Both the position numbers and the translations under genes were made by a program. The notes under the pieces were generated by a model that had not been told where the DNA came from, searched no databases, and worked only from the letters and a program-made list of their open reading frames with translations. A DNA stretch of 42,165 nt from Candidatus Heimdallarchaeota archaeon. Its GTDB lineage: Archaea > Asgardarchaeota > Heimdallarchaeia > Heimdallarchaeales > Kariarchaeaceae. This document shows, piece after piece, positions 28,137 to 37,777 of the stretch. The DNA lies in assembly GCA_015523565.1 (NCBI GenBank), contig WAKA01000080.1, positions 1 through 42,165 of the forward strand, in the 5' to 3' direction. How positions within the stretch are numbered: the first letter of the stretch is position 1; the number at the start of each line of letters is the position of its first letter.

Positions 28137-29411
28137 ATGATTAAATCGTTGAGTTCAATGGTCAATGGGAATGTCCGCCTCACACTTTCATTTACTTTTC
28201 TTCAATCCTTAGGTCGGGGCGTTTGGCTTGGAAATGTTTTAAGCGCCTTTATCTTTTTTTTGGCAGGGGAATCACATACTATACTTGGTTGGGTCTCTTC
28301 CGCTACAGGTCTCGCAATGACGATTGTTGTCTTTCCTTCGGGAATGATTGCTGACAAATATCGGCGTGATGCTGTCCTTAAGACCGCATTCATCTTCGGA
28401 TTTCTTGGCTTGACACTCATGGCATTTGCCAATTCCATTTCATTGGTCTTTTTTGCCCTCCTCTTTTGGGGGATTTTCCAAGGCATGGTTCAACCCTCCT
28501 TGGAAGCCATATTTGCAGATTCCCTCCCTTCAGGAAGGAGGTCTTCCACATATGCCATAAAGCATTTGCTCCAGCAACTGGGGATGGCCGTGGGTCCCAT
28601 TGTCAATGTGTTCCTCTTTCTTTATTGGGGAGATCTTTGGAACTTGGCAATCTTGAGAAAGGTGATGTGGACGGGATTGCTTATTTCTGGCATTTCATTA
28701 TTGCCATTGCTGTTTTTTGATGATGCAAGAACAATGGGCGATGCAAGTGAGGCGTTTACAGAGGCAGAACCAGTAGGAGGTGCCATCAAAACAACCCGTG
28801 CAATCCCCTACATTCTTGTGGCAAGCAACCTCATAATTGGTATTGGAGCTGGCATGACCATCAGGTACTTCCCAATTTTCTTTCTTGAGGTCTACGATCT
28901 GGCACCTGTTGTGGTGAATGAGATTATGGGGGGTCTCTTTCTTCTGACAGGGACTTTTGGATTGGTTGCACAACGCCTTTCCTTGAAACGTGGACGACCT
29001 CTCATCATATTCATCGTCCAGACTTTGGCCATTGTCTGCCTGTTTATTATTGCCACATATCCTCCCCTGCCCTTGTTGGTGTTCCTTTTCCTGATGCGGG
29101 GATCCCTTATGAATGCCTCACAGCCGCTTTCCAGGTCTATTTTGATGGATTACATTCCCAAATCATCTCGCGGTAGATGGAACTCTGTGCAAAGCATCTC
29201 ATGGGGCTTGTTCTGGAATAGCTCTGCAATAATTGGCGGTTACCTGATTGAAAGTTTTGGGTATTCCCTCACTTTTGTCATTACTGCATCGGTTTATATG
29301 ATCGGTACAATGCCGATTCTCCTCCTTGTACCATTGGTTAGGGGTGAAAGCCTTGAATCACCAGCCTCACCTGTTTCATTTCCAAAAACAAGCACCATCC
29401 ACGCCAAATAG
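28137..29411 (+). CDS. Major facilitator superfamily transporter
   Basis: About 12 TM segments, motif A SGMIADKYRRD and the repeat motif RLSLKRGR. Confidence 0.9.
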   Translation: MIKSLSSMVNGNVRLTLSFTFLQSLGRGVWLGNVLSAFIFFLAGESHTILGWVSSATGLAMTIVVFPSGMIADKYRRDAVLKTAFIFGFLGLTLMAFANSISLVFFALLFWGIFQGMVQPSLEAIFADSLPSGRRSSTYAIKHLLQQLGMAVGPIVNVFLFLYWGDLWNLAILRKVMWTGLLISGISLLPLLFFDDARTMGDASEAFTEAEPVGGAIKTTRAIPYILVASNLIIGIGAGMTIRYFPIFFLEVYDLAPVVVNEIMGGLFLLTGTFGLVAQRLSLKRGRPLIIFIVQTLAIVCLFIIATYPPLPLLVFLFLMRGSLMNASQPLSRSILMDYIPKSSRGRWNSVQSISWGLFWNSSAIIGGYLIESFGYSLTFVITASVYMIGTMPILLLVPLVRGESLESPASPVSFPKTSTIHAK

Positions 29412-29684
29412 GCGCTTTACAAAAAAATCAACCTTGATCCTTCATTTGCTCATGCGGTCCAGGTTCCCTATTTGCCAAGCCACATTTTTGTGTCCTTCAG
29501 TTTCGTACTGTTGCATAATTCTGCAAAATTTTCTTAAAAAAAATTTTAGGTTTATATTTTAGGAGGAACTACCGCAAAAAAAACAATGGTATTATCTGCA
29601 ACTCTCCGTTAAGTTTAAAAATTGCTTCTTTTGTCAACACAGAGTCTACAATAATGCTCTAACATCATTTATGGTGTGATTTGT

Positions 29685-32600
29685 ATGAAAAATAAAATAA
29701 TGCTCATATTGGTTTTCTCACTTTTGGTTTTTGGCTTTTCCGGAAAGTTTTTCTCTCCTGTGGCCAATCCTGCAGGAACCAATGTTATTATTACTGAAGT
29801 TCTTTATGACGCACCCAACTCCGATGCAACAGAGGAATGGGTCGAGCTTTTCAATCCAACAGCTTCTGCAATCAACTTGGCTGGTTGGTCACTTTCGGAC
29901 AATGCTGGGACTTTTTCACTTTCAGGTTCCATTGCGGCAGGGGGCTATGTGGTCATCGCCCGTGACGCGGCGGCGTTTCAATCCCTCTACGGCTTTGCAC
30001 CAGACATTTCCGGGAGCAATCTTGCCCTTTCCAATTCGGGGGATCAATTGTCCCTTAAGGACGGAAATGGGGTTGAAGTTGATTTTGTTGCTTGGGAAGG
30101 GTATGTGGCTGGCTGGACCGTGAGTGCAAAAGATACCACAATCCGTAGGATCACTGCCACAGACACAGACAGCAATGCAGATTGGGAAAACAGCGGCACT
30201 TTGGGCGACCCAGGCTCTGGAAGCTATGGGGGTGGTACGGGAGGAGATACAACTGCCCCTTCAGTCACCATTACAAACCCAACAAATGGTGCAACTGTCT
30301 CTGGTTCTGTAACCATTACATTTAGTGCATCCGATGCAAATGGAATTAGCAGTACTTCCCTTCTCATAGATGGAACCCAAGTTTCCTCATCAACAAGCTT
30401 TGTGTGGGACACCACCTTGGAAACAGACGGTAGTCACCAGATCACTGCAAGGGCAACAGATACCAGCGGAAATGTTGGTGAAGACATTATCTCTGTCACC
30501 GTTAGCAATAATGGTGGGGGTTCCCCTCCTCCAACTGCAACTGGAGCTTATAAAATCATGCTTTACAACATCGAGCAATCAGGGATCAATCCCGACTGGA
30601 AGCAGGTTGTAAAGGAGGAAAATCCAGATATTGCCATTTTCATTGAAACAGGTGATTGGGACGACAACAACAACCAACTGCTCAATCAATATGTGACTGA
30701 GTTCAACAATTATTTTGTGAATGAAGCACCATATGTGGGTTATACCACACAAGGCATTGCATTCTCAACAAGCGGTGAGGCAATCCTGTCCCGCTATCCT
30801 GTTGTGAGCGTCACGCAGATCACAAATGTGACCTTGGATACAGGGGCAGTTTTTGACCCTTCACATGACTTTTTTGATGTGGTCGTTGACATAAATGGCG
30901 TCCATACCCATGTCATTGCCGCACACCTCAAATGTTGTTCCGGTACAACCAATGAGGACAAAAGGGAACGGGCAATGGAGGGCATCATCAATTACATGGA
31001 CTCCCTTGGCGATGTGCCAATTGTCTTTGCAGGGGATCTCAATTCCTTCTCCCCGGTCGATGTTGAAGACCCCAATCTTGCACCAAACGGTAATCTTGGC
31101 TGGGGACCAATGACTATGCTGGTTCGACCTTCTGACCCTACCTATGGACAATATTCATCAACAGTCCACACTTTTACGGATGTCTTCAGATCATTGAACC
31201 CAACAGACCCTGGGTATACCTATGGTCATCAAAACCCCACATATACATCCAGGATTGATTTTATTGTAGTTAACCAGCATTTTGCAGGGCTCCTGATCAA
31301 CTCAACAACAGGTGACACCCCTACAGCAAACACTGGTTCAGATCACTATTCTGTCGATACATTTGTAAAACCCTTCGGTGGCAGTGACACAATTCCGCCT
31401 GCACAAGTCGTAGGGGTGAGTGCAACTACAGTCAGCCCATCCCAGATTGACTTGACATGGACCGCAAACACTGAGCCCGATCTGGCTCATTACAATGTCT
31501 ATCGAGATGGCGTCTTGGTCGGCACAAGCACAACCGCATCATTCAGCGACACGGGACTGACCGCATCAACGGCTTACACCTACGAGGTCAGTGCAGTTGA
31601 CACTTCTGGCAACGAGGGAATGAAATCAACTGCGGTCTCTGCAACAACACAATCTCCAGACCTGACACCACCTGCACAAGTTACTGGTCTTGTGGCAAAT
31701 GCAGTGGGTGAGACTAAAGTTGACCTGACATGGACCGCAAACACCGAGCCTGACCTTGACCATTACAATGTCTATCGCGATGGAGTCTTGGTCGGTACAA
31801 GCACCACCGCATCATTCAGTGACACGGGACTGGGTGCCAAGACCACTTATACCTACGAAGTCAGTGCAGTCGACACTTCTGGCAATGAGGGACAGAAATC
31901 AGCCCCTGCTACAGTGACAACCCCTGATTTAACCCCACCTGCACAAGTCACGGGACTTACTGCAAATGCAGTGGGTGAAACACAAGTTGACCTGACGTGG
32001 TCTGCAAACACTGAACCTGACCTTGACCATTACAATATCTATCGCGATGGCGTCTTGGTCGGCACAAGCACAACCACATCATTCAGCGACACGGGTCTGG
32101 TTGCTAAGACAACCTACACCTATGAGGTCAGCGCAGTGGATACTGTTGGCAATGAGGGACAGAAATCTGTTCCTGTAAGTGTTACCACTCCTGATCTCAC
32201 CCCTCCTGCACAAGTCATTGGGTTAAGTGCAACCGCTGTCAGTCCATCCCAAATTGACTTGACATGGACCGCAAACACTGAGCCCGATCTGGCTCATTAC
32301 AATGTCTACCGTGATGGCGTCTTGGTCGGCACAAGCACAACCGCATCATTCAGCGACACAGGACTGACCGCATCAACGGCTTACACCTATGAGATCAGCG
32401 CAGTTGACACTTCTGGCAACGAGGGGGCTCGTTCTGTCGCAGTCACAGCAACAACCCCCGCCCCATCCCTTAATCATATTCTAATTTCTGAAGTGTTTTA
32501 TGACACACCTGGTCGCGATAGAATTGAGGAATGGGTGGAACTGTACAATCCAACAGGTGCGGCAGTGGATCTTTCAGGATGGACATTGTCGGACAATTCA

Positions 32601-32969
32601 AAAACCTACACCATCCCTTCAGGAACCGTCATAGGGGCAGGTAGCTTCTTGATTATTGCAAGAAACGCCAATGGCTTCAATTCCCTATACGGCTTTATGC
32701 CCGACATAAGCGGTATGAACCTGGCATTGGGCAACAAGGGAGATATGCTTAGCCTCAAGGACTCTTCAGGTCAGCAAATCGACTTTGTTGCATGGGAAAA
32801 TTATGTAAGCGGCTGGAACATTGCGGCATCAAGGAGTAACTCCATTGCAAGAACATCCCTGAATTCCGACACAGACACCGTGTCAGATTGGCAAGTGGTA
32901 GGCAACAATGGTACACCAGGCACGGGACCTGTCACAGTCGCCATCGTGTTATCCAAGAAGAAGTATTGA
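29685..32969 (+). CDS. Secreted modular nuclease/phosphatase: LTD - Ig-like - EEP - 4xFN3 - LTD
   Basis: Signal peptide; lamin-tail domains (IITEVLYD..EEWVELFNP) at both ends; EEP motifs YNIE, FIE, AHLKCC, AGDLNS, RIDFI, SDH; four FN3 repeats. ATG 29685 follows GGTGTGA. Confidence 0.88.
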   Translation: MKNKIMLILVFSLLVFGFSGKFFSPVANPAGTNVIITEVLYDAPNSDATEEWVELFNPTASAINLAGWSLSDNAGTFSLSGSIAAGGYVVIARDAAAFQSLYGFAPDISGSNLALSNSGDQLSLKDGNGVEVDFVAWEGYVAGWTVSAKDTTIRRITATDTDSNADWENSGTLGDPGSGSYGGGTGGDTTAPSVTITNPTNGATVSGSVTITFSASDANGISSTSLLIDGTQVSSSTSFVWDTTLETDGSHQITARATDTSGNVGEDIISVTVSNNGGGSPPPTATGAYKIMLYNIEQSGINPDWKQVVKEENPDIAIFIETGDWDDNNNQLLNQYVTEFNNYFVNEAPYVGYTTQGIAFSTSGEAILSRYPVVSVTQITNVTLDTGAVFDPSHDFFDVVVDINGVHTHVIAAHLKCCSGTTNEDKRERAMEGIINYMDSLGDVPIVFAGDLNSFSPVDVEDPNLAPNGNLGWGPMTMLVRPSDPTYGQYSSTVHTFTDVFRSLNPTDPGYTYGHQNPTYTSRIDFIVVNQHFAGLLINSTTGDTPTANTGSDHYSVDTFVKPFGGSDTIPPAQVVGVSATTVSPSQIDLTWTANTEPDLAHYNVYRDGVLVGTSTTASFSDTGLTASTAYTYEVSAVDTSGNEGMKSTAVSATTQSPDLTPPAQVTGLVANAVGETKVDLTWTANTEPDLDHYNVYRDGVLVGTSTTASFSDTGLGAKTTYTYEVSAVDTSGNEGQKSAPATVTTPDLTPPAQVTGLTANAVGETQVDLTWSANTEPDLDHYNIYRDGVLVGTSTTTSFSDTGLVAKTTYTYEVSAVDTVGNEGQKSVPVSVTTPDLTPPAQVIGLSATAVSPSQIDLTWTANTEPDLAHYNVYRDGVLVGTSTTASFSDTGLTASTAYTYEISAVDTSGNEGARSVAVTATTPAPSLNHILISEVFYDTPGRDRIEEWVELYNPTGAAVDLSGWTLSDNSKTYTIPSGTVIGAGSFLIIARNANGFNSLYGFMPDISGMNLALGNKGDMLSLKDSSGQQIDFVAWENYVSGWNIAASRSNSIARTSLNSDTDTVSDWQVVGNNGTPGTGPVTVAIVLSKKKY
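31386..32460 (+). repeat. Four ~270-bp FN3-encoding repeats inside the nuclease gene
   Basis: Near-identical DNA blocks encoding DxTPPAQV...WTANTEPDL.HYNVYRDG...YEVSAVDTSGNEG; boundaries approximate. Confidence 0.85.
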
Positions 32970-33006
32970 CGGCTTTGCACTCCAAAGATTAAATTATTGT
33001 ATAATA

Positions 33007-33090
33007 CCTTACATTTTCTAACATCTCATTCCATTCCCCCCTTACATTTTCTAACATCTCATTCCCTTAAAACATCTTATTTCCCTTAAA
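33007..33090. repeat. Intergenic direct repeat (26-bp core, 33-bp period) plus degenerate tail
   Basis: CCTTACATTTTCTAACATCTCATTCC at 33007 and 33040. Confidence 0.8.
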
Positions 33091-33122
33091 AAACAAACAT
33101 TCCGCTCGACTAAAGATGTGGA

Positions 33123-33530
33123 CTATTTACAAGACTTACCTGTATCCTGACAAGATTTGCAGTTGGGAAATGCAATGCGACATATAAGACCGGCAATGCA
33201 ACCCCTATATTCCCCCTGTATGGAGGAAACTGAATTCCAATGCTTAAGTTCAGGATGCAAACTGTATGACACATAAAATGTAAAGTTCCCAATCATTGCC
33301 TTCACTGAAATATAGATGCAGGGAATGTCTTCGCAGACGTCGTATTCATAACTTCCTCCCAGTCTGAAAACAATAACTTGGTCTGGAAAGGCGAAACGGA
33401 TCTTGTCCAAGAAGATTTTCAATTGTTGGTAATATGGGAAGGACAGTGAACTCAAGGATAGGTAAGCAGAACTGAAACCACCTGTCAATAAGATCCAAGA
33501 ACCAACTGTAATTTTTAGACCCATATACAC
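33123..33530 (-). CDS. Hypothetical protein, Cys-rich C-terminus
   Basis: 135-aa ORF filling the gap, with a hydrophobic N-terminus and no recognised motif. Confidence 0.35.
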   Translation of the reverse strand: MYMGLKITVGSWILLTGGFSSAYLSLSSLSFPYYQQLKIFLDKIRFAFPDQVIVFRLGGSYEYDVCEDIPCIYISVKAMIGNFTFYVSYSLHPELKHWNSVSSIQGEYRGCIAGLICRIAFPNCKSCQDTGKSCK

Positions 33531-33535
33531 TAATC

Positions 33536-33609
33536 AAACAGCAATCATCAGTGAACAGTGCATTAAACAGTAATCATCAGCTATTAAACAGTAAAACAAT
33601 AATCATCAA
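33536..33609. repeat. Three copies of AAACA(G/A)(C/T)AATCATCA with 29-bp period
   Basis: Copies start at 33536, 33565 and 33594. Confidence 0.7.
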
Positions 33610-34994
33610 TGCACAATGCCGTCAACCTGCAAGGAACGTTGCTCATCCAACTGACGATACAGCGGTGTGAAATCAGGTGGAGAATCCTTCCTGCTGAATA
33701 GCCTTGTGAACAGAACCCTGAGCATGAACACGGGATTGAAGAGGATGCTGGGCGGCTTGGTCATCATCATGGCTTGCAGGAATTTCCTGTAGACTTTTGG
33801 ATTGGTGCTTGCCAATTGCACACGTTTGATGTACCAGTTCATGAATTTTGTGCCAAGCGTCCTCTTGCCCTTGGCTTCAGGCAATCGGAGCATGTCTGTG
33901 TAGGACAGCCCCCAAGCAAATGAGACATAGGGCTCAACCCGCTTGTAGAACTTCTTGGCATTGAATTTCTTGCTCTTGCTCAGATAACGGTCAAGCTCCA
34001 ACGCCTCGATGGCCGCAATGGTCATGCCCTGTCCATAAATCGGGTTGAATGACGTGTAGGAATCTGAAAAAGGCAGGAAGCCAGCAGGGAGCTTGAACTT
34101 GTCGTACCGCATCCGCCTCGTTCTTGGATACCCATAGGAGGCAATGGGGGTCTTGGGCTTGAGCCGCCTCATGAACTCGTACACGCACGGGTCATCCATG
34201 TTCTTGGCAAAGTCAAGGAAAGTGTCATCTGTTGCACCGGGATGGTCGTGCATGATGCCAGTAAGGGTGACAAGCAATCCCGTATTGACATTCAAAAGCA
34301 GAACGTACCTCTTGCCATGCGGCAGATCAGGGGAAATGATGATGTTCGGAATCTCCACCCCCTCAGGATATTCGTAAATACGGGACGTGTATTTGACACC
34401 GACATCCAAAACATCCACCTTGACATCCCCATAGCCGTATTCCTTTAGCCATTTCTGGGCATCCGAATTCTTGCCTGTGGCATCAATGACAAGATCTGCC
34501 TCAATGACCTCTTCCTGTCCTTCCCTCTCAATTCTTGCGCCGGTAACGACATTGTCTGCAATCACCAGCCCAAGTGCCTTTGCCCCATCCATGATGGTCA
34601 GATTCGGCACCTCCCGCAATTGCTTCAGGATCGCCCAATCAAGGTAATATCTCAGAAAGATTGCAGTGGGGGCATCAAGGTCACCTGTTGCCTTCCACTT
34701 CCGGTATTGCATCCACCGAACCCTCCCAAAATCAGTAAATGTGGTATTCGCCTCTTCCAGAAGCCTTCGGGTTTCAGGAAAGTAATCCTCAATGATCCCA
34801 AACCCCTTTGTATAAATGAGATGCGCATGATGTGCCTGTGAAACACCCTTTCTGAACACAGGCCCATCAGGAAGCAAATCCCTTTCAACAAGAACGACTT
34901 CATCAAAATGCTTCGATAGGACTCTGCTGGCAAGCATGCCACCTATACTTGCACCGAGAACCACGGCCCTTTTCCGTTGCATATTTCTGTGCAT
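33606..34994 (-). CDS. FAD-dependent oxidoreductase/monooxygenase (epoxidase-like, bacterial type)
   Basis: AVVLGASIGGMLASRVL Rossmann motif, ERD, RKGVSQAHHAH, ADLVIDATG, DSYTSFNPIYGQGMT. Confidence 0.88.
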   Translation of the reverse strand: MHRNMQRKRAVVLGASIGGMLASRVLSKHFDEVVLVERDLLPDGPVFRKGVSQAHHAHLIYTKGFGIIEDYFPETRRLLEEANTTFTDFGRVRWMQYRKWKATGDLDAPTAIFLRYYLDWAILKQLREVPNLTIMDGAKALGLVIADNVVTGARIEREGQEEVIEADLVIDATGKNSDAQKWLKEYGYGDVKVDVLDVGVKYTSRIYEYPEGVEIPNIIISPDLPHGKRYVLLLNVNTGLLVTLTGIMHDHPGATDDTFLDFAKNMDDPCVYEFMRRLKPKTPIASYGYPRTRRMRYDKFKLPAGFLPFSDSYTSFNPIYGQGMTIAAIEALELDRYLSKSKKFNAKKFYKRVEPYVSFAWGLSYTDMLRLPEAKGKRTLGTKFMNWYIKRVQLASTNPKVYRKFLQAMMMTKPPSILFNPVFMLRVLFTRLFSRKDSPPDFTPLYRQLDEQRSLQVDGIVH

Positions 34995-35195
34995 AACTAT
35001 AGCAATTTTTAATTGTTTCCTATTCCAAAAAAATTTTTTTCACATAATTCAATTTTTTATGCAGAATGTGAAAATTAATATGAAAGGATAAACCGACGGA
35101 TTCCTTTGAAATATGAGGTTTAAGCGTTTGATTCAGAAAAATAGAGAATATGGAAAGTATGGGAATTGTTTTCAAAACGAGAGGGAATTCCCATC

Positions 35196-35987
35196 TCAAA
35201 GATTGACCAACAGGTTTCCATCCTCATCAAAAAACCTATCCTTATATCGCCATGCCGTCAAAAACCGAAACATGACCTTCCTTCGAGTCAGGAACCTGAT
35301 CCGACGACCAGTCCCCCTCACCTTCCGTATCCTCTCGACAAGGAAAGTCGCAGGAACTTCCGGCATTTCCGCAAGGATATTGAACACCTTTTTTGCCTTC
35401 AAGGAGGCATTCTCCAATAGAAGATCTGTTAGAACCACCCCAGGACTAAGCAAATGAACCCCTATACCAGAACCTTCTGTCTCGACAAGCAACGTTTTCA
35501 GCAATTGGGGCATGGATGCCTTGCTGGCACCATATGGCAGAAGATTGGGAGTTGCCCGCCCATTGGAGCCCATCCCCTCCATCAGGAAAATATGCCCCGA
35601 ACCCTGAGAACCCATGACCCCCAAAGCCGCCTTGGTCGCGTAGATTGTCCCAATGAGGTTGGTTCTGATGACTGTATCAATCTCATCCTCAGGAATGCCT
35701 ACAAGATCGGTCTTGGTTGAATTGGCAACACCTGCGTTGTTGATCCAGAAATCTATATGACCCAAAGTTTCAGAACACCATTCAGCAAACCCCTTGACTG
35801 ATGCGAAGTCCCTGATGTCACACACCCTCCCGAAAACCTCACCTTTTTTCTCCAATTCCCCTGTGGTTTCAAGAACCGAATGCTCCGATCTCGAACAGAG
35901 GGCTACACGATCCCCCGCCTCCAAAAATTTCAGAACCATTGCCCTTCCCAAGCCACGGGTTCCGCCTGTAATGACTACATTTGCCAT
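35196..35987 (-). CDS. Short-chain dehydrogenase/reductase, NOL/NYC1-like subfamily
   Basis: TGGTRGLG, WINNAG, GHIFLMEGMGSNGRATP, YGASK, SPGVVLTDLL, FNILAEMPE. Confidence 0.88.
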   Translation of the reverse strand: MANVVITGGTRGLGRAMVLKFLEAGDRVALCSRSEHSVLETTGELEKKGEVFGRVCDIRDFASVKGFAEWCSETLGHIDFWINNAGVANSTKTDLVGIPEDEIDTVIRTNLIGTIYATKAALGVMGSQGSGHIFLMEGMGSNGRATPNLLPYGASKASMPQLLKTLLVETEGSGIGVHLLSPGVVLTDLLLENASLKAKKVFNILAEMPEVPATFLVERIRKVRGTGRRIRFLTRRKVMFRFLTAWRYKDRFFDEDGNLLVNL

Positions 35988-36115
35988 ACCTGCATTTCAG
36001 CCCGAAAATATTTCTTTGTTTGCACCAGTGCCAACATCAACCATAAATTCCCTCACAAGAGTCATCCATAGACCGTCAAATCAGCCAACAAACAGCAAAA
36101 TCAGTCAATAAACAA

Positions 36116-36496
36116 TCAAATCACATCCACGCTTTTCTTCCCGCGCCCACCATTGTATCTTGTCATCCCGATGATGCCATACCCCGCAAGACCTGACTGC
36201 AAGAAAACCCCAACCCACTTTAGAATGGGATGGATGGCATCCAATGGATTCCCAATGCCCAAACGCGGAAACAAGAGGTTTTGACCAATGAGGACGAAAA
36301 CCACAATGAAATTGACGTACCTGTTCCCCATCAGGTTATGGCGAAACGAACAAAACCCAACCACGCCCAACAACCTTTTGTGGTTTCCGACAAGGCAACT
36401 GCCCAAGCCTACGTTGAAACGTTGGGCAGGACGTTGGCAAACTTGACATTTCAATAGGGAAAGATTGGGGCTGTCTAAAAAAAGGATTTGATACAA
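36116..36496 (-). CDS. Possible small membrane protein or decayed gene
   Basis: 126-aa ORF with two hydrophobic segments; the upstream frame is interrupted by stops; no family recognised. Confidence 0.25.
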   Translation of the reverse strand: MYQILFLDSPNLSLLKCQVCQRPAQRFNVGLGSCLVGNHKRLLGVVGFCSFRHNLMGNRYVNFIVVFVLIGQNLLFPRLGIGNPLDAIHPILKWVGVFLQSGLAGYGIIGMTRYNGGRGKKSVDVI

Positions 36497-36791
36497 ATAC
36501 CCAAGAATCCCCCAAAGACCATCAAATAAGGGAAAAAAAGGTCATCAGAAAACATAAGGAGACATTGAACCACCAAAGGGGATACAAGCCCATTTGAGCA
36601 ACATAAAATTCCCTACTGATTGAATCAATATCCACACGACGTACATCATAATTATTCTAAGAATCGAATCCATTCAAATAATATTTTTATAATATCACTC
36701 CATTTTAAGTGTGTGTCGACCCACTATCTTCAAGAATTGAGAAAACAGACAAGACAATGGAAGATTCTGAAAGTTGTGAACGGAGGTGACC

Positions 36792-37244
36792 ATGATAAGT
36801 GAATACAATGGTGTCCCCCTTATCCGATGAGATGCGGAGGTGCTCAGGGAACTTGAAGAGCTGACTGGTCCAATTCCCGCTATGAATAGTATCGATTGGA
36901 ATATCTTCGGCTTTACTGTGGAAAATCAAAGAGTGACTGGATTGGGGTTTTTTGAAAGGAATTTGAAGTTTCTCCCAGAGAGCATAGGAAACCTGCAAAA
37001 CCTTGTAACTCTTTTATTGGATAATAATAGATTGGAGTCTCTTCCGAAAAACATAGGAAACCTGCAGAATCTTAAAAGTCTCATATTGAGGCAAAACAAT
37101 TTGAAAACACTCCCAAAAACCATTTTAAAACTTCAAAAGCTTGAAATCCTTATGTTGAGTAAAGACAATCAGAACACATTCCCTGAAAATGTGAAAAGTA
37201 TGTTGGACAAACTTAAACAAAAGGGATGTGGTATTTTATACTGA
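36792..37244 (+). CDS. Short capped LRR protein (3 repeats) with in-frame TGA at codon 13; possible pseudogene
   Basis: GGAGGTGA ribosome-binding site, then ATG 36792 MISEYNGVPLIR*DAEVLRELEE. Caps match the paralog at 39188. The uninterrupted ORF is 36840..37244. Confidence 0.75.
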
Positions 37245-37254
37245 GATATTATTG

Positions 37255-37569
37255 ATGAGTAGTGATAATGAAATGCCGACAACAGTGAAAATATATGATG
37301 CGGACAAAGCTTTTCTCGATAGGTTACAGGCAGTGATATTCCAGAGAATTGGAAAGAAACTACCCTATGCTGAGTTGCTTCATTACCTGCTGATACATTC
37401 AGACGAAAATGTCATGAACGCGATAATTGATGACATATGCAATCAAGATATCGACTGGGCGAGTCATTTAGACATTATCGGGGAGTATGGCGATACGGAT
37501 GCATCACATATTGATGAAGTGGTCTATGAGGGTAATGATTGCGATATTTCTCGATACGGCATGCTATAA
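37255..37569 (+). CDS. VapB-like antitoxin (archaeal type)
   Basis: TTVKI...LDRLQA...GKKLPYAELL and acidic tail ending IDEVVYE, directly before a PIN-like start. Confidence 0.55.
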   Translation: MSSDNEMPTTVKIYDADKAFLDRLQAVIFQRIGKKLPYAELLHYLLIHSDENVMNAIIDDICNQDIDWASHLDIIGEYGDTDASHIDEVVYEGNDCDISRYGML

Positions 37570-37615
37570 TGCCTTTTTTAACAATGAAATAAGCTCATCC
37601 CATGCTTTTGTGTAA
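37535..37615 (+). pseudogene. Truncated VapC/PIN toxin remnant
   Basis: TAATG junction, then MIAIFLDT(A/G)...AFFN, the first PIN strand with its conserved Asp; stops after 26 codons. Confidence 0.55.
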
Positions 37616-37715
37616 CCTGCCAAAACACCCTATTGTACAAGAATGTTACAAATTTGTACATCGCAATGTACATGTTTGTGAATTATAGACGCAATGACCC
37701 TCACAGCACCCCCTT

Positions 37716-37769
37716 CACCAGTCCAGAGCCATCCACCAATCCAGAACCATCCACCAGTCCAGAGCCCCC
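37716..37769. repeat. Three tandem 18-bp repeats CACCA(G/A)TCCAGA(G/A)CCATC
   Basis: Units at 37716, 37734 and 37752. Confidence 0.85.
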
Positions 37770-37777
37770 CCATAATC

